Source: Methanocaldococcus sp. 16A
GTDB lineage: Archaea; AGJL01; Methanococci; Methanococcales; Methanocaldococcaceae
Length of the DNA stretch: 64,000 nucleotides
Assembly: GCA_049860595.1 (NCBI GenBank)
Contig: CP187551.1
Strand: one strand, 5' to 3'
In this document: positions 21,938 to 32,083 of the stretch, piece by piece
How the letters are laid out: the number at the start of each line of letters is the position of its first letter
Numbering within the stretch: position 1 is the stretch's first letter
Notes under the pieces: generated by a model
The model's database searches: none
Told to the model about the DNA's origin: nothing
Seen by the model: only the letters and a program-made list of their open reading frames with translations
Program-made: the position numbers and the translations under genes

Positions 21938-22735
21938 ATGGCACATGGTGGAGGAGGTCATGCAGCTGAACTTTATCCTGAAAACCAAATATTTGCAACT
22001 GGAGTAGTTTTATCATTGATAGGTATTTATGCAGCACATTTCTTGTCAGATTATGGTTTGTCAATGTTAATAGGAGGTTTATTAGTTTCAGCTGCATGTG
22101 TTGCTGGAGCAAACACAGTTAGAAAGGTAGCTGCTTATGGTTTAGGGACAGGTGTTCCATCTATAGGTATGGTTAGTTTAGGTATGGGAACATTAGCTGC
22201 GGTAGCAGGAGTTTTAATTCCAAAAGCATTAGGAATTACTTATTTAATAGCTCCAATATTAACATTAATAATATCAGCAGTTGTTGGATTCATTGTTGGA
22301 AAATTAACAGTAAAACCAGTAGGAATGAAAATTCCAATTATGGTTAGGAGTATGACATTCTTATCCATAGCAGGAGCTATGGCATTATTAGGATTTACAA
22401 CAGCTTATGTTGGAAGTTTAGAACCAAATGCCTTTATTAATGGTGCTTTAAATTCAGGAATTATGGCTTTGGCATTTATAGTGGCTGGTATGGCTATATT
22501 ACATCCATTTAACGCATGTTTGGGTCCAAATGAAAGTCATAAAAGAACTTTAACATTAGCAATAGCTTGTGGTTTAATAAGCTGGTTTGTTTTCTCAGTA
22601 GTTAAATTAGATGTTATATCAATGGTGGTCTCAATAGTATTGTGGGCAATTGTATATGTGAAATTCGTTAAGATGTCATTTAAAGATGCATGTGCAGTTC
22701 TCTACACTCCAGAAATTCCTAAGAAGGAGGAGTAA
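21938..22735 (+). CDS. mtrC: Mtr subunit C
   Basis: [11 protein letters not shown] and [11 protein letters not shown] motifs. Confidence 0.97.
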   Translation: MAHGGGGHAAELYPENQIFATGVVLSLIGIYAAHFLSDYGLSMLIGGLLVSAACVAGANTVRKVAAYGLGTGVPSIGMVSLGMGTLAAVAGVLIPKALGITYLIAPILTLIISAVVGFIVGKLTVKPVGMKIPIMVRSMTFLSIAGAMALLGFTTAYVGSLEPNAFINGALNSGIMALAFIVAGMAILHPFNACLGPNESHKRTLTLAIACGLISWFVFSVVKLDVISMVVSIVLWAIVYVKFVKMSFKDACAVLYTPEIPKKEE

Positions 22736-22744
22736 GGTGGAAAG

Positions 22745-23068
22745 ATGGAAATTGTTAAAATTGCTCCAGAGATTGACATTGTCATGGATGTTAATTCTGG
22801 TTTAGTAGCAGAGATGAGAAAAGATGTATTAATGATTGATTTAAATCCTGTTGAAGAAAGAATTAAAAATTTAGAGAAATTGGTTAATGCATTCGAGAAT
22901 TCATTAGACCCAAGATACCCACCATTAAACTCATTTCCAAATAGAGATGGAGTTTATGCAATAGCTGGTTACTTTAAAGGAATATTCTTTGGATTTTGGA
23001 TAACATTGGCAATAATGACACTTGCAATATTTACAATAATTAAACTATTTCCAGGTTTAATTCAATAA
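22745..23068 (+). CDS. mtrB: Mtr subunit B
   Basis: NSLDP...S.P.R.G motif, C-terminal TM helix, operon position. Confidence 0.95.
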   Translation: MEIVKIAPEIDIVMDVNSGLVAEMRKDVLMIDLNPVEERIKNLEKLVNAFENSLDPRYPPLNSFPNRDGVYAIAGYFKGIFFGFWITLAIMTLAIFTIIKLFPGLIQ

Positions 23069-23130
23069 TTATCCCTTATAATAATTTTAAATAAATTCAG
23101 AGAGTTTTATAAAGATAGAGGTGTTGAAAT

Positions 23131-23859
23131 ATGGTTGAAAAAAAAGAACCTGCACCAGGATGGCCAATTGTTTCTGGAGAGTATGTTGTCGGTAACCCAG
23201 AGAGCTGTGTTGGTGTCGTGACACTTGGTTCTCATGGTTTAGAGCAGGCATGTATTGATGCTGGAGCTGCTATCGCTGGACCCTGCCACACAGAAAACTT
23301 AGGTATTGAAAAAGTCATTGCTAATTATATATCAAACCCAAACATTAGATTCATGATTCTTTGCGGTTCAGAAGTTCAGGGACATATAACAGGACAGTGT
23401 TTCAAAGCGTTATGGGAAAATGGTATTGGAGACGATGGAGGAATCATCGGAGCTAAAGGAGCAATTCCATACTTAGAAAATGTTGGGAAGGATGCAGTTG
23501 AAAGATTTAGAAGACAAATTATTGAAGTTATAGATTTGATAGATGTTGAGGATGTGAATAAAATAACCCAAGCTATAAAAGAGTGTATAAATAAGGACCC
23601 TGGAGCAATTGATGAAGAGCCAATGATTTTGGATTTAGAAGGTGGAGGGGGAGGAGGAGAGGAAGAAGAAGAGGGTGAAATAAAACCAATGTCCCCAGAA
23701 GTAGCATTATTAGAGGCAAGAATGAGATTAATCTCTGAAAAAATCAATTCTACGGCGTTATTATCAAAATATAATTCAGGATACTATAATGGAAAAGTTC
23801 AGGGAATTGCAATAGGGTTGTTTATTTCAATACTTTTATTCTCCCTCTTAGGAGTTTAA
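23131..23859 (+). CDS. mtrA: Mtr subunit A (corrinoid protein)
   Basis: GWP...[12 protein letters not shown] and GHITGQ motifs. Confidence 0.97.
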   Translation: MVEKKEPAPGWPIVSGEYVVGNPESCVGVVTLGSHGLEQACIDAGAAIAGPCHTENLGIEKVIANYISNPNIRFMILCGSEVQGHITGQCFKALWENGIGDDGGIIGAKGAIPYLENVGKDAVERFRRQIIEVIDLIDVEDVNKITQAIKECINKDPGAIDEEPMILDLEGGGGGGEEEEEGEIKPMSPEVALLEARMRLISEKINSTALLSKYNSGYYNGKVQGIAIGLFISILLFSLLGV

Positions 23860-23881
23860 ATATAATTAGAGGTGGAAAAAC

Positions 23882-24121
23882 ATGAGTGAAGAAGAAAAGA
23901 AAACCACAGGTATTAAAGGAATACCTAAAATTGTTAAACCAGATTTGGAGTATTGTGATAAGTTACTAAATAACTTGGAATACAAAGTAGGTTTGATGAC
24001 AAGAGACCTTGGTTTAGCTTCAGGAGTATTTTCAAAATCAACACAAGGAGTTATCATAGGTTCAATTATTGCATTAGTGTTAGTTGTTATTCCAATAATA
24101 TTAAAATTATGTATAGGGTGA
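23882..24121 (+). CDS. mtrF: Mtr subunit F
   Basis: EYKVGLMTRD..L.SG segment, TM helix, operon position. Confidence 0.9.
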   Translation: MSEEEKKTTGIKGIPKIVKPDLEYCDKLLNNLEYKVGLMTRDLGLASGVFSKSTQGVIIGSIIALVLVVIPIILKLCIG

Positions 24122-24126
24122 ATTAA

Positions 24127-24375
24127 ATGAGCGATGATGTTCCAACAGTAATTACACCTACAAAAGAATTTAAAAGATTAATGGAAAAACTTGATGAGCT
24201 TGAAGAAAAAGTAGAAAATACAAATGCTGAAATATTCCAAAGAGCAGGCAAAAAAGTTGGGAGAGATTTAGGAATTGCTTATGGTTTAATTATTGGAACA
24301 ATAATATCAATTGTATTACCTTATATAATCAAAGTTATGAACTATATGATGAACATTACCATTTCTATAAAATAA
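24127..24375 (+). CDS. mtrG: Mtr subunit G
   Basis: EEKVE....E..QR.GKKVGRD.GI.YG motif. Confidence 0.95.
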   Translation: MSDDVPTVITPTKEFKRLMEKLDELEEKVENTNAEIFQRAGKKVGRDLGIAYGLIIGTIISIVLPYIIKVMNYMMNITISIK

Positions 24376-24411
24376 AAAACTATAAGTAATAAATTTTGAG
24401 GTGATGTAAAT

Positions 24412-25371
24412 ATGTTTAAATATGATAAGGAACAAATGGTTGTAGAGATTGCTGGTAGAAAAATAGGAGGACAGCCAGGAGAATATCCAACAGCTTTGGC
24501 AGGAACAATATTTTACGCAAGACACAAGATTGTTGAAGATGAAAGAAAAGGTATTTTTGATAAAGCAGCAGCAGAAGATTTAATCAATAAGCAAGCAGAG
24601 ATGGAGGATATTACAGGAAATCCTGCATTAGTCCAAGTATTTGGTGGAAACCCTGAAGCATTGACAAAATACATTGATTTTGTTGCAGAAATTTGGGATG
24701 GTCCAATGTTACTTGATTCTACATCAGGAGAAGCGAGAATGGCAGCAGCAAAAAGGGCAACAGAAGCAGGATATGCTAAGCAATGTATTTACAACTCTAT
24801 TAATGTTTCAATTGAAGAAGAAGAATTCCAAAACTTAGTAGAAAGTGATTTGGAAGCATCAATTATTTTATGTTTCGACCCAATGGACCCATCAGTTGAA
24901 GGTAAATTAAATGTTCTCTTAAATGGTGGAAAAACTGCTGATAAAGGAATGTTAGAATTAGCTGAAAAGGCAGGAATTAAATACCCATTAATTGATGTTG
25001 CGGTTACACCATTAGGAAATGGAGCTGGTAATGCAGTTAGAGCATCATTTGCTGTTAAAGCAAAATTAGGAATGCCTGTAGGAAGTGGTATTCACAACAT
25101 TCCATCAGCATGGGACTGGTTAAGAACATTTAGAAAACAGTTAAGAGAAAGTGGTAATGCACAGTTAGCTAAAGATGTCCATCATGTCTGTGATGTTGGA
25201 GCAAACTTAATTCAAGTTATGGCTTCTGGAGATTTTGTTTTATATGGTCCTATAGACAACGCTCAATTAGCATTCCCTGCAGTAGCTATGGTTGATATGG
25301 TTATTGCAGAAGCAGCGAAAGATTTAGGTATAAGCCCAGTAGATTCACATCCAATTAATAAACTATTATAA
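24412..25371 (+). CDS. mtrH: Mtr subunit H
   Basis: GGQPGEYPT.LAGTIFY and HN.PSAWDW motifs. Confidence 0.97.
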   Translation: MFKYDKEQMVVEIAGRKIGGQPGEYPTALAGTIFYARHKIVEDERKGIFDKAAAEDLINKQAEMEDITGNPALVQVFGGNPEALTKYIDFVAEIWDGPMLLDSTSGEARMAAAKRATEAGYAKQCIYNSINVSIEEEEFQNLVESDLEASIILCFDPMDPSVEGKLNVLLNGGKTADKGMLELAEKAGIKYPLIDVAVTPLGNGAGNAVRASFAVKAKLGMPVGSGIHNIPSAWDWLRTFRKQLRESGNAQLAKDVHHVCDVGANLIQVMASGDFVLYGPIDNAQLAFPAVAMVDMVIAEAAKDLGISPVDSHPINKLL

Positions 25372-25622
25372 AAAATTCTCAATATTATTCTTTTTTATTT
25401 GCTAAAAATATATTCTTGCGAACATTATAAAGTTCTAACCAACTCATAGTTTATATTCTCAAATTGAGAGAGAACCCACTATCCTCAATAATAATCTAAG
25501 GTAATACAACGATATTAATAAAAGTTTAATTGACAATTTCTTTTTATTTTAAGAAAAATTTATATATAATTATAACAAAAGGATAGAATATCAAAAACTT
25601 TTTATAATTTTTAGGTGTCCAT

Positions 25623-27185
25623 ATGGAACTACATAAATTATATATTCACAAAATGATAAAAAATCCATACAAGGATGGGCTAAAAATTGGGGCAGAGATT
25701 AAAAGAAAAATAGGTAAACCGTCTCTAATAATATTTATTACATCATTATTAGATGAAGAGAAATTAAAAATGGTCTTTGAAGGAATGAAAAAATCTATTT
25801 CTTTAGAAGGTCTTATTGGATGTTCTACAGGAGGGACATTTGTAGGGAATAAATATATAAAGAAAGATGGAGTCTTAATTTTAGCTTTTCATAGACATTT
25901 TAAATATGCAACCGCTTATAAAAAAATAGAAGAGAGTGCAGAGAAAACAGGAAAGACAATTGCAACAGAAATTAAAAATACACTTAGAGAGAAATACTTA
26001 TATTCTTTAGATGTAGAAGATAAGTTTCTTGGATTTGTATTTTTTAATTGGAATGAAAATCATGAACAAGAAATATTAGATGCTTTAGGGAAAGAACTTG
26101 GCTTTCCAATTGTTGGAGGAACTGCGGGGGATGATGGGTCGTTTAATAAAATTTTTTTGATATACAAAGGAGAGATTGTTAGAGATGGTTGTGTTTTTGG
26201 GGTTATTGGTGGAAAATTAAAATTTGATATAATTTATGGACATGGATATGAGCCAACAGATATTTATGCAAGAGTCACTAAGGCAGAGGGGAGGGTAGTT
26301 TATGAATTAGATGGAAAACCTGCTTATCAAAGATATTTGGAGATGATATCTGAATATACAAAACTTCCCAAACATATAGTTGAAAAATATCTAGGAATTA
26401 ATAAAAAAGAGAGATTAAAATATATAAACTTTTATCTTATTCATCCACTGGGTTTTATAGATATAAATGGAAATGTTATAACTGCATTCTTAGAAGATGT
26501 TGATGGGGATGGATTAATATTCAGAAGAAAAATTCCTGAAGGAACATTTTTAATATTGATGAGAACTAATTTAGAGAGTCAAGCTAAAGCACTTTCTGAT
26601 AAGATAAGAATTATTGAAGAGGATTATAGAAATCCACTTATTTTTATAAACGAATGTCATGGAATCGAAACTCTTAAAAATCCATTATATGGAAAATTTG
26701 AAGAAAGTCCTTTTCCATATTTTTTGGAGTTTTATAATGATAATAAAAAAATTGATAGGTATATTATTGGAGATAACTGTATTGGCTGGCTATCTTATGG
26801 AGAAACAATATCTAAGGACATATTGAGATTCCACAATAATTTATCATTTACTGGGGTTATATTTGAGTTAAAAGAGGCGTGTATAAATTGGAAAGAGGCT
26901 TTAAAAAACTTTAATTTTACTGATGAGGAAATTGAAGTTATAGTAAATTTAATCTATGATGAGTTGGATATAAAAGAGTTATCAGAAGTAACAAAAATAC
27001 CTATAGAAAAGCTTGAGGATGTGTTAAAGAATTTAGAAAAGAGGGGAATAGTTGGATATATTGACATAACAGGAAAATACTATATTGATAACTTAAAAGA
27101 GGTTTTGAAAAAGATTGATGAAGAACTTGACTTTGAATATAAAATTAAAAAAGCGGGAAGAGAAAGGTTGTTAAGAATTTTATAA
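25623..27185 (+). CDS. FIST_N/FIST_C sensory protein with C-terminal TrmB-like winged HTH
   Basis: FIST motifs LIGCSTGG, PIVGGTAGD, HGYEP, VTKAEG.V.ELDGKPA and G.LSYGE...FHN; C-terminal FTDEEIEV..L...DIKELSE.TKIP...DVLKNLEKRG. Confidence 0.8.
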   Translation: MELHKLYIHKMIKNPYKDGLKIGAEIKRKIGKPSLIIFITSLLDEEKLKMVFEGMKKSISLEGLIGCSTGGTFVGNKYIKKDGVLILAFHRHFKYATAYKKIEESAEKTGKTIATEIKNTLREKYLYSLDVEDKFLGFVFFNWNENHEQEILDALGKELGFPIVGGTAGDDGSFNKIFLIYKGEIVRDGCVFGVIGGKLKFDIIYGHGYEPTDIYARVTKAEGRVVYELDGKPAYQRYLEMISEYTKLPKHIVEKYLGINKKERLKYINFYLIHPLGFIDINGNVITAFLEDVDGDGLIFRRKIPEGTFLILMRTNLESQAKALSDKIRIIEEDYRNPLIFINECHGIETLKNPLYGKFEESPFPYFLEFYNDNKKIDRYIIGDNCIGWLSYGETISKDILRFHNNLSFTGVIFELKEACINWKEALKNFNFTDEEIEVIVNLIYDELDIKELSEVTKIPIEKLEDVLKNLEKRGIVGYIDITGKYYIDNLKEVLKKIDEELDFEYKIKKAGRERLLRIL

Positions 27186-27204
27186 AGGGATAGGAGGAAT
27201 TTAA

Positions 27205-27897
27205 ATGACTAATGCCATGAAAATTATAGAAATGCTTAGAATTATTGATAACAGAGCAAAATTTATGGGTATTAAATTAACTATGATGAAAAATTTATTA
27301 GAAAAATATAAAGATAATAAAGAATTACTAAAAGAAGTTTTAAAATTAACTGAAGGGACGCGGCTCCATGAATTAATATTAGAGGCATATCCTCCTTTAG
27401 AAGAGTTAGAAAAAGAACTTAAAGAAGAATATCAAATTAATCTCACAACTAGAGAAGAATTGGAGAGTAAAGAAGATGTCCATGAATTTTGTGTTTTTGA
27501 TGGTAATGTTTCTATTGTTGCTTATATAAGAGAATATCTAAGAAAATTCTACTTTGGAAGTAATATAAAAAGAATTTTTTATGATATTGGTAAAGATTAT
27601 GCAATTAGATTAGGGATTAATAATTATGAAGATATGATTAAATTTATGAATGAAGAATTTGGAGAAGTACATATTGAGAAGTCTGAACCTTTAACAATTA
27701 TTGTTAAAGATAACAAAGATTGCAAAAATTGTAGAGCATCAGAACCTGTTTGTTATTTAACAGCAGGATTTATAGCAGGATGTTTAGAAAATATGGCAGA
27801 TAGAAAATATATTGTGGATGTTGTAGAAAAAAAATGTCAAGCAGTTGGAGACCCATATTGTTTATTCATTGCAAGAAAATCAATAAGATTGGATTAA
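27205..27897 (+). CDS. V4R (4-vinyl reductase) domain protein
   Basis: PVC..TAGFIAG.LE...V.EKKCQAVGDPYC.F motif. Confidence 0.8.
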   Translation: MTNAMKIIEMLRIIDNRAKFMGIKLTMMKNLLEKYKDNKELLKEVLKLTEGTRLHELILEAYPPLEELEKELKEEYQINLTTREELESKEDVHEFCVFDGNVSIVAYIREYLRKFYFGSNIKRIFYDIGKDYAIRLGINNYEDMIKFMNEEFGEVHIEKSEPLTIIVKDNKDCKNCRASEPVCYLTAGFIAGCLENMADRKYIVDVVEKKCQAVGDPYCLFIARKSIRLD

Positions 27898-27907
27898 ATT
27901 TTTGAAA

Positions 27908-28435
27908 TTAACCTTCTCTCCACATAATTGCAAAGTCCTTTAAAGCTTTTTTTACTCTTTCAATATTTCCTTCAATAATTACTTTATCTCTTTCATCACT
28001 ATATTCAAATATAACCCCATGCCACTCTCCTAAGTCACTTAATCTCTCAATTTGTATTTCTTTTTGTAGTTTCACTCTTATTGATTCAACCTTTCCTCTT
28101 TTTTTAACTTCTTTATTATAGTTACTTTTACTTAGTGGGAATTTAACATTAAGCTCTCCTCTAACTGCTTTTATCATCTTATTTAAATATTTTTCAGTTA
28201 GTTCTGCATCACACAAACTAAATAATTGAGATTGTATAAAATTTAGTTCTCTCTCAGCGTTTGATAATATATTTATAGAAGCGTGAGGGTCTAAAAGGTA
28301 ATAAGAAAGGAGAGCGTTAGCTAATCTAAGTTTTTCAAAAACAATTTCAGGAACTTTAATTCCTCTATTAACTAATTCAGCCGATAACTCAGACAATACA
28401 ACCCACTGCTTATCTAAGTTCCTTGCATCCCTCAT
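27908..28435 (-). CDS. DUF2096-like conserved methanogen protein
   Basis: DKQWVVL.EL and ERL.DLGEWHGVIFE motifs. Confidence 0.7.
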   Translation of the reverse strand: MRDARNLDKQWVVLSELSAELVNRGIKVPEIVFEKLRLANALLSYYLLDPHASINILSNAERELNFIQSQLFSLCDAELTEKYLNKMIKAVRGELNVKFPLSKSNYNKEVKKRGKVESIRVKLQKEIQIERLSDLGEWHGVIFEYSDERDKVIIEGNIERVKKALKDFAIMWREG

Positions 28436-28737
28436 TCCTTTAACCTCTCAATGTATCTTTTTAAAATATGCTCACTATCATAATTAATTCTAACATTCAT
28501 CTTCTTAAACTCTTCCTTCAATTTTTCTATATCAGTATCTTTATCTATAAAAAATACCTGATAACTTGTTGTAGAATTTATATTAAAGATGGCTACCTTA
28601 TCATCATCTTTCAACTCTCTATTCTCAATAGCTGCTCTAACTCTAACAAAGTTTTCCATTTCACTATTTAATGCTTCTTTAACAGTCAATATTGAAATTA
28701 AGGTGGCAACAAACTCCATTTTGTTATTATTATTCAT
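28432..28737 (-). CDS. DUF749-like conserved methanogen protein
   Basis: F.ATLI...FV..RAAIE.REL...AIFNI..TTSY; ATGA overlap with the next gene. Confidence 0.7.
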   Translation of the reverse strand: MNNNNKMEFVATLISILTVKEALNSEMENFVRVRAAIENRELKDDDKVAIFNINSTTSYQVFFIDKDTDIEKLKEEFKKMNVRINYDSEHILKRYIERLKE

Positions 28738-28766
28738 AATATCCCTCAAAATTTATTCTTCCTCGA

Positions 28767-28860
28767 ATAGGACTTTCGCAGGAATAAATATGAAGAAGGA
28801 ATATTGATGCCTTTGGCATCATATTTTCATTATTAAATATATAAAGTGCGAAAGTCCTAT
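28767..28860. repeat. Palindromic MITE-like repeat (94 bp, best-conserved copy)
   Basis: Perfect 14-bp TIR ATAGGACTTTCGCA/TGCGAAAGTCCTAT; internal TGATGCC-TTT-GGCATCA. Confidence 0.9.
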
Positions 28861-29336
28861 TCAAATTTAATTTCTTCTTCTGGTAATATGTAGAATACAT
28901 AGTTTTCTCTCTTTGCTGGAACTTCTTTTAAGAATAATACAATCCCATTAACTGGGGTATTGACGAATCTTATATCTCCCTTCCTACTCTGCAAAGCAGC
29001 TATTCTATGTCCTTCCAAAATTCTACAACCAAAATCTACAATTGGATAAACTTTGTAACCCTCAGCAGGGATTTCTAATAATCTTATCCCCTTTCTAATA
29101 TAAGTTAGTTGCTTAACACCTCCAACCTCATATTCAATGAGCATATCTCTTGTTACTTGCCCCATTAGTACATAGTTATCAAAATCATCATATATAACTT
29201 GATATAAAACTTTTCCATCTCCTTCATATTCCTCATTTTTATCTAAAAATTTTATAACTTTACCATCATTTTCAATAACAACCTTTCTACCTTCATGTTT
29301 TTCAGCATTTTCAACATATAATTTAGGAATTCTCAT
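28857..29336 (-). CDS. DUF2118-like protein with lipoyl/biotinyl-like hairpin
   Basis: P.EGY.V.PI...G.RI..G..IAAL.SRKGDIRFV.TPVNG.V segment. Confidence 0.65.
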   Translation of the reverse strand: MRIPKLYVENAEKHEGRKVVIENDGKVIKFLDKNEEYEGDGKVLYQVIYDDFDNYVLMGQVTRDMLIEYEVGGVKQLTYIRKGIRLLEIPAEGYKVYPIVDFGCRILEGHRIAALQSRKGDIRFVNTPVNGIVLFLKEVPAKRENYVFYILPEEEIKFE

Positions 29337-29345
29337 TTTTTCACC

Positions 29346-30302
29346 TTAATAAATCCTATTCATTATAAAGTCAGCTAAATCTTCTAAAACTTTTCTTCTG
29401 TCTTTATCAAATATCTTTAAATAGTTCTTTGCTTCTTCTGTTTTTTGTTTCATAAGCTCTTTTGCATATTCTATTGAAGGCTTCAATATATCAATAGCCT
29501 CTTTAATCTCTTCATCTCCAATATCTTTATTTCCTAAAATTTCTAATAATCTTTTCTTTTTCTCTTCGTCTAATGTTTTTAAAGCATGAATTACAATTAT
29601 AGTTTTTTTACCTTCCCTTATATCACTTCCAACAGGCTTACCAATCTTCTTTTTATCTCCAATTAAATCTAATATGTCATCTTGTATTTGAAAAGTTAAT
29701 CCAATCCTTTTTGCATATTCTTTCAACGCTTTTTTTTCTTCTTCATTACAATCTGCCATTACTGCCCCAATCTCTACAGAAGCTTCTAATAAAGCTCCTG
29801 TCTTTTTTCTAATCATCTCTAAGTATTCTTCCATTGTAGGATAATAGTTTTCAAACTCCATATCCATTGCCTGACCTTCACAAACATCAACACACGCTTT
29901 TGATAGAATTTTTAAAACTTCATGAGCTTTTTTAGGATCTTTTATTCTTGAAATAGCTTCAAAAGCTTTTGCATATAATAAATCTCCAGCCAATATTGCC
30001 ATTGGGTCTCCATAAACTACATGAACTGTTGGCTTTCCTCTCCTTTCATCATCGTTATCCATAATGTCGTCGTGTATTAATGTATAGTTGTGTATGAGTT
30101 CAACACTAACCGCAGCTGGTAACACTTCGTCAATATCATCCTTCTTTAGCTTATAAGTGACAACAGCTAAATATGGTCTAATCCTTTTTCCTCCAGCAAA
30201 CAAAAGATGTTTTGATGCATTATATAACTTATCATCTTTATCCACATAAGTTTTTAATTCTTCATCTATTTTTTGTAATATGTTCTTATCAAATAGCATC
30301 AT
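29346..30302 (-). CDS. idsA: Short-chain isoprenyl (geranylgeranyl) diphosphate synthase
   Basis: GGKRIRP, LIHDDIMD..RRG and FQIQDD motifs. Confidence 0.95.
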   Translation of the reverse strand: MMLFDKNILQKIDEELKTYVDKDDKLYNASKHLLFAGGKRIRPYLAVVTYKLKKDDIDEVLPAAVSVELIHNYTLIHDDIMDNDDERRGKPTVHVVYGDPMAILAGDLLYAKAFEAISRIKDPKKAHEVLKILSKACVDVCEGQAMDMEFENYYPTMEEYLEMIRKKTGALLEASVEIGAVMADCNEEEKKALKEYAKRIGLTFQIQDDILDLIGDKKKIGKPVGSDIREGKKTIIVIHALKTLDEEKKKRLLEILGNKDIGDEEIKEAIDILKPSIEYAKELMKQKTEEAKNYLKIFDKDRRKVLEDLADFIMNRIY

Positions 30303-30341
30303 TCCACCTCATTTTAGATTATTAAAAAGTTTATAGAGATA

Positions 30342-31688
30342 TTATATAATTCTTTCAAAGCTTAAGCATTGTCCATTTCTTAATAAATGGACATCTTCTC
30401 CTAATCTATATCCTTCTTCTTCAGCTAATTTTGTATATTCAGCAGTTAAATTGAAGTCACCATGTGAAGGGATTATGTGTTCAGGATTCAACCATCTCAA
30501 CATATCTCTGTGGTCTTCTTTTGCAGCGTGTCCAGAGACGTGAGCCCCTTTGAATATTCTAACTCCTAACAATTTTAATCTTGATTCTAACATATACCTT
30601 TGGGCAGCGTTCATTGGGTTTGGAATAGGGTCTGCTGAAAATACAACACAATCATATTTATCAAACTTGTATGGTGTTTTGTTAGTAGCCATTCTTGATA
30701 ACACAGCACCTTCTTCCCCTTGGTGTCCTGTTGCTATTATTAGATATTTTTCCTTACCTTCTTTAACAATATTCTTTAAGGCCATCTCTATGGAACTTGG
30801 GTCTCCATAAATTCTTAAATTATCTGGAAATTTAACTATACCGATATCTTGAGCTATCCCACAATATCTCATCATACTTCTTCCTAATAAAACAGGAGTT
30901 CTATCCATTTTTTCAGCTATATCAGTTATAGATTTTATCCTTGCAATGTGAGAAGAGAAAGTAGTTACAATAACACCATTTTTATCATTGTCAGCAGCTA
31001 ATAAATCATTTTTCAATAAACCAGAAGCAATAATCTCTGGCGGAGTTTTTCCTTCATGGTTTATTCTTGTTGTTTCCGATATAAAGCATAAAACCCCATT
31101 CTTACCAACTTTTTTTATGGCCCTATAATCAGGTCTTTCTCCAACAACTGGGAAGTTATCAAATTTAAAGTCATTTCCATATACTATTGCTCCGTAAGGA
31201 GTATGTAAAACAGGCAAAACAGCATCTGGAATACTGTGAGTAATTCTAATAAACTCCAATGTTATGTTTGGAGTTAAATCAATAGATTCTCCAGCATTTA
31301 AAACAATTAAAGGATTTCTAACGTCAAATTTTTTCTCACTTAAGATTTCTCTCTTAACTAACTCAATTGTGTATGGAGTTCCAATGATTGGAGCATTATA
31401 TCTATGAGCTAATTTAGGAACAGCCCCAATGTGGTCTAAGTGGCCATGAGATAAAACAATGGCTTTAACTTCCCCTTCAATATTTTTCATAACTGTATCG
31501 TTTGGAATTATTCCCTTTTCAATTAACTCTAAGCTATGAAGTTTTGATATATCAGTATCTTCGTGGATTAAAACTCTATCTAATCTAACTCCCATATCTA
31601 ATATTATAATTTCTCCATCTACATTAACAGCCGTCATATTTCTTCCAACTTCTTCATAACCACCAATTGCAATAATTTCTAATTTCAC
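30342..31688 (-). CDS. rnj: Ribonuclease J (beta-CASP)
   Basis: GGYEEVGRNM, HGHLDHIG, HVSGHA and PSHG motifs. Confidence 0.95.
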   Translation of the reverse strand: MKLEIIAIGGYEEVGRNMTAVNVDGEIIILDMGVRLDRVLIHEDTDISKLHSLELIEKGIIPNDTVMKNIEGEVKAIVLSHGHLDHIGAVPKLAHRYNAPIIGTPYTIELVKREILSEKKFDVRNPLIVLNAGESIDLTPNITLEFIRITHSIPDAVLPVLHTPYGAIVYGNDFKFDNFPVVGERPDYRAIKKVGKNGVLCFISETTRINHEGKTPPEIIASGLLKNDLLAADNDKNGVIVTTFSSHIARIKSITDIAEKMDRTPVLLGRSMMRYCGIAQDIGIVKFPDNLRIYGDPSSIEMALKNIVKEGKEKYLIIATGHQGEEGAVLSRMATNKTPYKFDKYDCVVFSADPIPNPMNAAQRYMLESRLKLLGVRIFKGAHVSGHAAKEDHRDMLRWLNPEHIIPSHGDFNLTAEYTKLAEEEGYRLGEDVHLLRNGQCLSFERII

Positions 31689-31802
31689 ACTCTCACATCC
31701 TTTAATTTTTATTTTAATTTTATAAATTCATTAATTTTTTATATTTGTGTCTGCAAATATTTAATTGTTTTAAATAAACTTACAGACGAACATCTAAGAT
31801 AA

Positions 31803-32042
31803 ATAGAATTTTCGCAGTTTATATACCAATTAAAGAATTAACTGTCTGAATTCACTTTAATAAGGTAAGGTATTATGGTAATTTTGAAGCCAAAGGTATC
31901 ACATATTGAGACTTTCGCAATTTATATTTCATTTAAGGTATTTATGATGTTAAAAATTTGAAAGTCTTCCAAAAGGAAGATATTCATTACTCAATTCAAA
32001 TCCTTTTGCACAAAACTATGGTTATTTATGCGAAAGTCCTAT
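31803..32042. repeat. Composite or nested pair of MITE-like repeats
   Basis: Two left-TIR-like starts (ATAGAATTTTCGCAG at 31803; GAGACTTTCGCAA near 31908), a hairpin TGAAGCC-AAA-GGTATCA, and one right TIR TGCGAAAGTCCTAT ending at 32042. Confidence 0.7.
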
Positions 32043-32083
32043 TCAAATAAAATCAATGTGATAACAGGATTAACAATACATCT

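Noticed and set aside
23638-23680. GGA/GAA-rich tract in mtrA
   Set aside because: Encodes the usual Gly/Glu linker of MtrA; purely coding.
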